The notes beneath the pieces were generated by a model, which did no database searches, was not told the origin of the DNA, and saw nothing but the letters and a program-made list of their open reading frames with translations. A DNA stretch of 64,000 nt from contig CASGAB010000002.1 in assembly GCA_949299395.1 (NCBI GenBank), positions 23,734 through 87,733 of the forward strand, given 5' to 3'. Source of the DNA: an uncultured bacterium. GTDB taxonomy: Bacteria; Bacillota_I; Bacilli_A; RFN20; CAG-826. The position numbers and the translations under genes were made by a program. Shown one piece after another: positions 18,288 through 25,599 of the stretch. How positions within the stretch are numbered: the stretch's first letter is position 1; each line of letters begins with the position of its first letter.

Positions 18288-18325
18288 TGATATTATACGT
18301 GCAATGTTAAAGATATATCTTTAAC
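18288..18325 (+). promoter_or_regulatory. Candidate extended -10 promoter and perfect 20-bp palindrome
   Basis: TGaTATTAT at 18288-18296; GTTAAAGATATATCTTTAAC at 18306-18325 is its own reverse complement. Confidence 0.45.
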
Positions 18326-18338
18326 GGATTACTAAATA

Positions 18339-18504
18339 GGGTATATCGATGCAAAATGGTGCATCACTTCCAGCCTGAAGCCAAAGTTTAGGGGCTACCC
18401 ACATATATTATTAAAATTAGATAAAAAGATTAGTTTCTAACTTATATATCTGAAATATTAGTGTGGGATGGATTAGGACAGTTAAAAGATAGCCACACTT
18501 TTTT
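18339..18504 (+). ncRNA. Purine-riboswitch-fold aptamer variant with terminator/antiterminator platform
   Basis: P1 GGGUA/UACCC, P2 GAUGCA/UGCAUC with loop AAAUGG, J2/3 ACUUCCAG, P3 CCUGAA/UUUAGG with loop GCCAAAG, J3/1 GGC. Downstream GTGTGG...CCACAC followed by a T run. Lies upstream of a nucleoside ABC importer. Confidence 0.65.
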
Positions 18505-18531
18505 CTTTATATAAGGAGGAAATTATTAAAT

Positions 18532-19644
18532 ATGAAGAAAAATACTTTATTTGTTGCTCTCGGAGCATTAGGTTTAGTCTTAGGCGTTGCTTCTTGTGGT
18601 AACTCAACTTATGAATACGCTTTAGTTACAGACGTCGGTGATATTGATGATGAATCATTCAACCAAACTTCATGGGAAGCTTTAAAAGATTTCGCAGAAA
18701 AAAATGACAAAACATATCAATACTACAGACCAACAGAAGATTCAACAAATGCTAGATTAGCTGCAATCGATCAAGCTGTTCAAAGAGGTGCAAAAATTAT
18801 TGTTTGCCCAGGCTTCTTATTCGAAGACGCAGTTTATGAAGCTCAAACAAAATATCCAGATGTTAAATTTGTTTTATTAGATGGTAAACCACATACAGCT
18901 GACAATTCTACATATGAAACAAAAGAAAATACAGTTTCAATCATTTATCAAGAAGAAATTTCAGGCTTCTTAGCAGGTTATGCTGCAGTTATGGATGGTA
19001 AAAAATCATTAGGTTTCTGTGGTGGTATGGCTGTTCCGGCTGTCCAAAGATTCGGTAGTGGTTTCGTCCAAGGTGCTAACGTTGCTGCTAATGAATTAGG
19101 CATCGTTGACGAAGTTACAGTTAAATACTACTATGCTGGTGCTTTCCAAGCTACAGATGAAGCTACAGCAAAAATGAAAACATGGTACACTGGTGGTGTC
19201 GAAACAGTCTTCGCATCTGGTGGTAAAGTTTATCAATCAGTCCTTGAAGGTTGTAAAACAGGCGGTGCTGACGCTACATGGATTGGTGTTGACGTTGACC
19301 AATCAGGTGTTGATCCAAAAGTTTTAACTTCAGCTGTTAAAGGTTTATACGAATCAGTTCAATCAGCATTAGAAATTTATTATAACGATGCATGGTCTGA
19401 AATCGGTGGTGAAGACTACAATTTAGGCTTAAATGCTGAATTCGGTAGCGTTGCTGCTAAAGATTATGTTGGTCTTCCAACAACTGACGAAGCATGGAGA
19501 TTTGAATCTTTCACAAAAGATCAATACAATGCACTTCTCAACGAAATTAAATCTGGTAATATCGAAATTGATAACAGCGATACAACAGCTCCAACTGTTG
19601 ATATCGATGTTACTTATGAATCACCATTCGCAAACGCAGAATAA
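18532..19644 (+). CDS. BMP-family nucleoside-binding lipoprotein (PnrA/NupN-like)
   Basis: Lipobox VASC; TDVGDIDDESFNQ, PGFLF, GFLAGY, WIGVDVDQ, SAVK. Confidence 0.9.
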   Translation: MKKNTLFVALGALGLVLGVASCGNSTYEYALVTDVGDIDDESFNQTSWEALKDFAEKNDKTYQYYRPTEDSTNARLAAIDQAVQRGAKIIVCPGFLFEDAVYEAQTKYPDVKFVLLDGKPHTADNSTYETKENTVSIIYQEEISGFLAGYAAVMDGKKSLGFCGGMAVPAVQRFGSGFVQGANVAANELGIVDEVTVKYYYAGAFQATDEATAKMKTWYTGGVETVFASGGKVYQSVLEGCKTGGADATWIGVDVDQSGVDPKVLTSAVKGLYESVQSALEIYYNDAWSEIGGEDYNLGLNAEFGSVAAKDYVGLPTTDEAWRFESFTKDQYNALLNEIKSGNIEIDNSDTTAPTVDIDVTYESPFANAE

Positions 19645-19664
19645 TTTTGATAATTTATAATTTG

Positions 19665-19702
19665 AGGGCAGGCAGCGTAAATTACCCTGCCGCCCTTTTT
19701 TT
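19665..19702 (+). terminator. Intra-operon terminator/stabilising hairpin
   Basis: AGGGC-a-GGCAG...CTGCC-GCCCT followed by a T run, between the binding protein and ATPase genes. Confidence 0.7.
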
Positions 19703-19728
19703 AATTAATATAAGATGAGGTAATTTAT

Positions 19729-21300
19729 ATGGACGATAATTATGTTATAGAAATGGAACATATTTCTAAGTCCTTTCCAGGTATCAAAGCAAACGATGAT
19801 ATTACAATTCGTTTAAAAAAAGGTGAAATTCATGCTCTTTTAGGTGAAAATGGAGCTGGAAAATCCACTTTGATGTCAATTTTATTTGGTTTTTATCAAC
19901 CAGATGAAGGCGTAATCAAAATTAACGGACAAGAAGTAGAAATTAAAGATCCAAACCAAGCAAACGATTTAGGTATTGGCATGGTTCACCAACACTTCAA
20001 ATTAGTTGAAGTTTTTACAGTTTTGGAAAATATTATTTTAGGTGTCGAACCAACAAAATATAAACTTTTTTTAACTAAGAAAGAAGCAAGACAAAAAGTC
20101 TTAGATTTAGCTGAAAAATATGGCTTAGAAGTTGATGTCGACGCTAAAATTGAAGATATAACTGTTGGTATGCAACAAAAAACGGAAATTTTAAAGATGC
20201 TTTATAAAGATAATGACATCTTAATTTTCGATGAACCAACAGCAGTTTTAACTCCACAAGAAATTCAAGAATTACTTATAATCATGAAAAACCTTGCTAA
20301 AGAAGGCAAGTCTATTCTTTTTATTTCTCATAAATTAGATGAAATCATGGATGTAAGCGATACTTGTTCAGTTTTAAGAAAAGGTAAATTAGTTGCTACT
20401 AAGAAAATTAGTGAAACTAATAAAGAAGAATTATCAAGATTAATGGTAGGAAGAGATGTTTCTTTTTCTGTTAATAAAAAAGACCCAGAAGTTGGAGATA
20501 CAGTTTTAAAAGTTAGAGACCTTGTTATGGCGGATAAGATCCATAAAGGTGTTGATATTGTTAATGGCGTCTCATTTGATGTTAAAAAGGGCGAAATCGT
20601 CTCCATTGCTGGTATCGATGGTAACGGTCAATCTGAATTAGTTTTTGGAATCACAGGTTTAGAAAAAGTTAAAGGAGGAAGTATATCTTTTAACGAAGTT
20701 GATATTACAAATGAATCAATTTTTAAAAGAAATAATTTAGGTATTGCTCATATTCCTGAAGATAGACATAAACATGGCTTAGTTCTCGATTATCCTTTAG
20801 ATTACAACGCTGTTTTAGAAAATTATTGGAAACCAGATTTTACAAAAATTAAATTCTTATTAGATAAGAAAAAAATTAGAGACTATTCTGATTCATTAAT
20901 TGAAAAATATGATATTAGAAGTGCTGAAGGCAGCAAAACAATAGTTAGAAGTATGTCTGGTGGTAACCAACAAAAAATTATTGTTGCTAGAGAAATTGAT
21001 CGTGATCCAGAATTATTAATTGCTGTTCAACCAACTAGAGGACTCGACGTTGGAGCAATTGAAAATATTCATAAACAAATTGTTGCTGAACGTGATGCTG
21101 GTAACGCTGTTTTATTAGTATCTTTTGAACTTGATGAAGTTATGGATTTATCAGACAGAATTTTAGTTATGTTTAACGGAAAAATTGTTGGTGAATTCAA
21201 TCCAAAAGAAACGACACCAGAAGAGTTAGGTCTCTATATGGCTGGTGCAAAATCTAATTATGAATTTAATGAGGAGGTAGCAACAAATGAAGAAAACTAA
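19729..21300 (+). CDS. Nucleoside/sugar ABC transporter ATP-binding protein (two NBDs)
   Basis: GENGAGKST, MVHQHF, FDEPT, MSGGNQQK, QPTRGLD. Confidence 0.93.
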   Translation: MDDNYVIEMEHISKSFPGIKANDDITIRLKKGEIHALLGENGAGKSTLMSILFGFYQPDEGVIKINGQEVEIKDPNQANDLGIGMVHQHFKLVEVFTVLENIILGVEPTKYKLFLTKKEARQKVLDLAEKYGLEVDVDAKIEDITVGMQQKTEILKMLYKDNDILIFDEPTAVLTPQEIQELLIIMKNLAKEGKSILFISHKLDEIMDVSDTCSVLRKGKLVATKKISETNKEELSRLMVGRDVSFSVNKKDPEVGDTVLKVRDLVMADKIHKGVDIVNGVSFDVKKGEIVSIAGIDGNGQSELVFGITGLEKVKGGSISFNEVDITNESIFKRNNLGIAHIPEDRHKHGLVLDYPLDYNAVLENYWKPDFTKIKFLLDKKKIRDYSDSLIEKYDIRSAEGSKTIVRSMSGGNQQKIIVAREIDRDPELLIAVQPTRGLDVGAIENIHKQIVAERDAGNAVLLVSFELDEVMDLSDRILVMFNGKIVGEFNPKETTPEELGLYMAGAKSNYEFNEEVATNEEN

Positions 21301-22522
21301 TTTTTCATGGAAAGAATTAGGAACAAGAAGTGTTACTGTTTTAAAATCTCAACCTGCACTTAAAACTTATTCCTCTTTACTTTGTATCTTTGTCTCATTA
21401 ATTATCGGTTTAATATTCCTTTTAACAATGGATGCTGCAAACGCATTCTCTGAATTTATAAATATGTTAACCGGTGGTTTACAATATGGAAGTTCAAACT
21501 TCTTTGCTATTTTAGCAAAAACTGCCCCATTATTATGCTGTGGTCTTTCAATTGTTTTTGCTAATAAAACTGGTATGTTTAATATTGGTGTTGCAGGACA
21601 ATACACTATTGGTATTCTCGGTAGTTTAATGTTTGCACTCCAATTTAATTGTCCTTGGTATGTTTGTATTTTAATGGCTATAGTCTTCGGTGCTATATGG
21701 GCTTCAATTCCTGGCTTATTAAAAGCTTTCTGTAATGTTAATGAAGTTATTTCTGGCATTATGTTGAACTGGATTGCTCTTTTCTTTACAAACTATTCGT
21801 TCCAAACATATTTAAATGGATGTGTTGATATTTCAAAAGGCTCAAAGACATTTGCCTTAGCAATGAAAAATCCAAGTGCATTAATCCCAGACTTTGGTTT
21901 AGGATCATCCACAGGTGGCTACTTTACAATTTCTATTTTCATTGCTATTCTCGCAGCTATATTAGTTTGGTTTATTATGTCTCATACAACTTTAGGTTTC
22001 CAACTTAAGGCAAGCGGTCTTAATAAACACGCTACTAAATATGCTGGTATTAAAGAAAAGAGAAATATTATTATTTCTATGGCAATAAGTGGTGCTTTAG
22101 CTGCTTTAGGTGCTTCATTATTCTATTTAGCTGGTTTAGAAGAATGGTCTGTTCAAGCATCATCAGCTTTACCTCAAGTTCCGTGGAATGGTATCGTTGT
22201 TGCATTCGTTGGACAATTATCACCTATCGGAACAATCTTTGCTTCAGTATTTACAACTTTAATTTCTCATGGTGCTAGATTTATGTTACAAACATCATTC
22301 CCTGCAGAAATTGGTGACTTTATTACTGGTTTAATCGTTTACTTATCAGGTTTGACTAATTTAGCAGTTATTCTTGTTAATAAATATTTAAGAAACAAGA
22401 AAGAAAAACAAGAGTTGGCATTAGCTGGTGCTAGTGGTGAAACAGTAACCACAGAAGAAGTTTCTGCAGAAGAAAATAGCGAAACTCTTGAAGAAAACTC
22501 TGACAAAGGAGGTAATGAATAA
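21287..22522 (+). CDS. Nucleoside ABC transporter permease 1
   Basis: GMFNIGVAGQ, NEVISGIMLNWI, GFQLKASGLNKHATKYAG; multiple TM helices. Confidence 0.9.
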   Translation: MKKTNFSWKELGTRSVTVLKSQPALKTYSSLLCIFVSLIIGLIFLLTMDAANAFSEFINMLTGGLQYGSSNFFAILAKTAPLLCCGLSIVFANKTGMFNIGVAGQYTIGILGSLMFALQFNCPWYVCILMAIVFGAIWASIPGLLKAFCNVNEVISGIMLNWIALFFTNYSFQTYLNGCVDISKGSKTFALAMKNPSALIPDFGLGSSTGGYFTISIFIAILAAILVWFIMSHTTLGFQLKASGLNKHATKYAGIKEKRNIIISMAISGALAALGASLFYLAGLEEWSVQASSALPQVPWNGIVVAFVGQLSPIGTIFASVFTTLISHGARFMLQTSFPAEIGDFITGLIVYLSGLTNLAVILVNKYLRNKKEKQELALAGASGETVTTEEVSAEENSETLEENSDKGGNE

Positions 22523-23481
22523 TGGCTGATCAATTCTTACTTTTATTATCATATATGTTAATTTTTGCCGCTGCGCTTTCCTTTGTTGCTTTAGGCGGTA
22601 TGTTCTCAGAAAGAAGTGGTATCATCAACATTGGTCTTGAAGGTATCATGGTCATCGGTGGATTCTGTGGACTTTTAACTTTAAATGCTTTAGCAGGTGC
22701 AGGAGTCAATCCATTCTTAGTTGTTGTTATTACAATTTTAGTTTCTATCGCTGCTGGTATGGCTTATTCACTATTGCTAGCAGTAGTTGCTATTCAATTT
22801 GGTGCTGATCAAACATTAACTGGTACAGCATTAAATTTATTAGCTACAGCTATTTCACTTATCTTTGCTAAAAGATTAAGTGGCGGTGTCTCAACTTCAA
22901 TTAACTTCTCAAATGATTACTTTGTTTATGATTTAGGACATTCCTTCTCAATTAACCTTTTCTTAGTTCTTGCAATCGTTGTCTTAGTTATTGCAATTAT
23001 AGTTTTGTATAAAACTAGATTTGGTTTAAGATTAAGATCTTGTGGTGAAAATCCAGCTGCTGCAGATAGCGTTGGTATTAATGTTAAAAAATATCGATAT
23101 GCTGGCGTCTTAATTTCAGGTGCTTTAGGTGGAATCGGAGCATTGGCTTACATTCTTCCAACAGCTTCATTCTGGAATTCATCAACCGGTGTTGCTGGTT
23201 TCGGTTTCTTAGCTTTAGCTATTATGATCTTTGGTCAATGGAAACCATTAAGAATTGGAATTATTTCATTATTATTCTCATTCTTCTTATCATTATCTTA
23301 TGTTTATTCAGGTATTTTCGAAGCAATCTTCGGATTCACATTAACTGCAAAAGATGGTGTTACATCTGAATTATTTAGAATGTTACCGTTTATCGCTTCA
23401 CTTATTCTTCTTGCCTTTACCTCTAAAAACAGTAGAGCTCCAAAAGCAGAAGGTATACCTTACGATAAATCTAGAAGATAA
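22522..23481 (+). CDS. Nucleoside ABC transporter permease 2
   Basis: SERSGIINIGLEG, GLRLRSCGENPAAADSVG, GFLALAIMIFGQW, C-terminal AP.AEG.PY. Confidence 0.9.
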   Translation: MADQFLLLLSYMLIFAAALSFVALGGMFSERSGIINIGLEGIMVIGGFCGLLTLNALAGAGVNPFLVVVITILVSIAAGMAYSLLLAVVAIQFGADQTLTGTALNLLATAISLIFAKRLSGGVSTSINFSNDYFVYDLGHSFSINLFLVLAIVVLVIAIIVLYKTRFGLRLRSCGENPAAADSVGINVKKYRYAGVLISGALGGIGALAYILPTASFWNSSTGVAGFGFLALAIMIFGQWKPLRIGIISLLFSFFLSLSYVYSGIFEAIFGFTLTAKDGVTSELFRMLPFIASLILLAFTSKNSRAPKAEGIPYDKSRR

Positions 23482-23503
23482 AATTTATAATTTAAAGCAA
23501 TTT

Positions 23504-23535
23504 AAAACCCCGTTTCTAATCGAAATGGGGTTTTT
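23504..23535 (+). terminator. Intrinsic terminator
   Basis: AAAACCCCGTTTC-taatc-GAAATGGGGTTTTT. Confidence 0.85.
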
Positions 23536-23536
23536 G

Positions 23537-23569
23537 TTATCCACAAAGTTTTCAACAAAGTTATCAACT
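23537..23569 (+). promoter_or_regulatory. Three tandem DnaA-box-like 9-mers at 12-bp period
   Basis: TTATCCACA (perfect, 23537), TTTTCAACA (23549), TTATCAACT (23561), each separated by AAG. Confidence 0.45.
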
Positions 23570-23723
23570 TTTTATTAAATTTATATTAATTTTACATAAA
23601 AAGTGAATAAAAATCGAGACTCGTAGCATTCTTGCTTGTAAAGGCATCGCAAGGGAGTGGCGATGAACCTTTATATAATAAGCATTAGAATTGACCCAAT
23701 TCTAATGCTTAAATAGGAGTTTT

Positions 23724-24209
23724 TTATTTATTTTCTTCTACTTGAGGATTATTTTCTTTTTTATCTTTTAAAACTCTTAATCTAATACAAACAAGTGCTG
23801 AAATAAATGCTATTCCTAAAACAACGTGTCCAATTCCTGCTAAACCTGAAATCATAGCGTCCATTCCATTAGTTAATTCTGTTCCTAATACTTGAAGTGT
23901 TCCTCTTACAAGCATCATAACTCCAGCGATATTTAATCCAACATGATAGCAAATTAATCCATGTTTAAACCCAGTAGCAATTTTATCTTTATTTTCTTTA
24001 TCAAACATTTTAAATTTTGCATCTAAAAGTAAGAAAAGAAGGAAGAAGATTACACCTAAAACTAAATAGTGGGAATGAACAACTCCTAAAGTAGTGTTAT
24101 TAGCAACTGTGTCATATTCCATAAATTTAGTGAATTCACGATAAAATACTCCACTTGCTGCGCCAATACAAGCATAAATTAAAGCTGAATTAATTAAGAA
24201 TTTTTTCAT
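23724..24209 (-). CDS. DUF2871-family membrane protein
   Basis: GAASGVFYREFTK, TTLGVVHSHYLVLG, SGLAGIGH. Confidence 0.75.
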   Translation of the reverse strand: MKKFLINSALIYACIGAASGVFYREFTKFMEYDTVANNTTLGVVHSHYLVLGVIFFLLFLLLDAKFKMFDKENKDKIATGFKHGLICYHVGLNIAGVMMLVRGTLQVLGTELTNGMDAMISGLAGIGHVVLGIAFISALVCIRLRVLKDKKENNPQVEENK

Positions 24210-24291
24210 TTTTATTACTCCTTTGACTTATAAGTAATATTATTTGTTCTTAAATTTATTAATATTCCTAAGAATAATGTTACAAATCGTA

Positions 24292-25506
24292 TTAATTATT
24301 TATCTTTTTTAAACCCAAAATTGATAAATAATTAATTAATTCCTTAACGTTTTCGTCATCGCTATAAAAAACCATATGATGATTTCCTAAAGGCTTTGTT
24401 AAGAAATAATTAATATCTTCGATTGAATTTAATCTAATTCGTATCTGAGTTCTACATAAATTGAATTTGTTTAAGTTTTCTTCAATATTGCCTTTAAGTA
24501 AAACATAACTATCAAGTAAAGACGAAATTCTAAAAATATAAATAGTTTTAGAAGTATCAAGTTCGCCTTTAATTCCAATACCAATGTTTGATTCAAAATG
24601 AGTATTAAATTTATAAGAGGTAGTCATTTTTAAAGGAATTGTACAATGAGCTAAAACTAATTCATTATTTTTAAAGTTTAAATAAGATGGATTCGCCATA
24701 AATGATGGTTTATGAAGTATTTTTCTAATTAAAAACATCGAAATTAATGCTCCGATATCACCTTCACATCCACCAATTATCCCTTCATCGTTTAATAAAG
24801 CTAGTGCTAAACACGAAGTGGATTTAACTGTATCTAAAAGATCAAAACATCTAATAGTTAAACCTTTTAACGAATATTTATTTACTAAATTTCTTAGAGC
24901 GAGATAAATGTGATATGCTTTTTTAAGTTCTTCATAATCAAATGTAGCATTAAAAAGTTCTGGAGCTAAGTCCTCATTATGTTTTTTATATTCATCAATC
25001 AATTCTTTAGTGGAGATATTAACTAGTTCAATATTAAATTTATCTTTTAAAATTTTGTTATCAACAGAGCTAGAAGAGATTAACCAATCTGATGGTTTTC
25101 CAATAACTCCTAAATAAGATGGTTTAGTTTCGTTATTACAGATTTCAATAATTCTTTTAGCGATATAATCATTTTCCCCATGTAAAATCTCACCTTTTAG
25201 GCTGTTATTTTGCAAATAAGTAAGAATTTCTAAAGCAGCAGGTAAAGAATTATTGTGTGAATAGGTTAAAAAACGATATGGAGCTTTAAAATATTTAAAG
25301 TTTTTCAAAAATTCGTTTTCACTTCCTCCACTCTCAATCAAGATAAGTGATAAATCTGCATCATTGTAGAATTTAGTTACATCTTCAACATAATTAAACA
25401 CATAATTAGTTAAATCTTTTAAAGATAATAAAAGTTTTTCGCGTTCTGAGCGAATATATTCTTCGTCATGAAGTGAAGATTTTATAGCATATATATTAAT
25501 TTTCAT
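24292..25506 (-). CDS. L-fucose/L-arabinose isomerase-like protein
   Basis: CFDLL, GCEGDIG, AHCTIP, CRTQ, LGNHH C-terminal motifs. Confidence 0.6.
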   Translation of the reverse strand: MKINIYAIKSSLHDEEYIRSEREKLLLSLKDLTNYVFNYVEDVTKFYNDADLSLILIESGGSENEFLKNFKYFKAPYRFLTYSHNNSLPAALEILTYLQNNSLKGEILHGENDYIAKRIIEICNNETKPSYLGVIGKPSDWLISSSSVDNKILKDKFNIELVNISTKELIDEYKKHNEDLAPELFNATFDYEELKKAYHIYLALRNLVNKYSLKGLTIRCFDLLDTVKSTSCLALALLNDEGIIGGCEGDIGALISMFLIRKILHKPSFMANPSYLNFKNNELVLAHCTIPLKMTTSYKFNTHFESNIGIGIKGELDTSKTIYIFRISSLLDSYVLLKGNIEENLNKFNLCRTQIRIRLNSIEDINYFLTKPLGNHHMVFYSDDENVKELINYLSILGLKKINN

Positions 25507-25599
25507 ACCTAATTTTAATCTTTATTTATCTTAAATATAAATACAAATTTGATTGTGATTACTATTTTCACCGATTTTTTGATAATATATTGAACGTTT

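Noticed and set aside
23537-23612. oriC
   Set aside because: No dnaA/dnaN/rpmH, only one perfect box, no DnaA-trio array and no change in dominant gene orientation; kept only as a possible DnaA-box cluster.
23648-23672. SAM-I riboswitch-like string (AGGGAGTGGCGATGAACC)
   Set aside because: Lacks AUC...GAU P1, GCAACC and GUGC..AUUC core elements, and no downstream gene on that strand.
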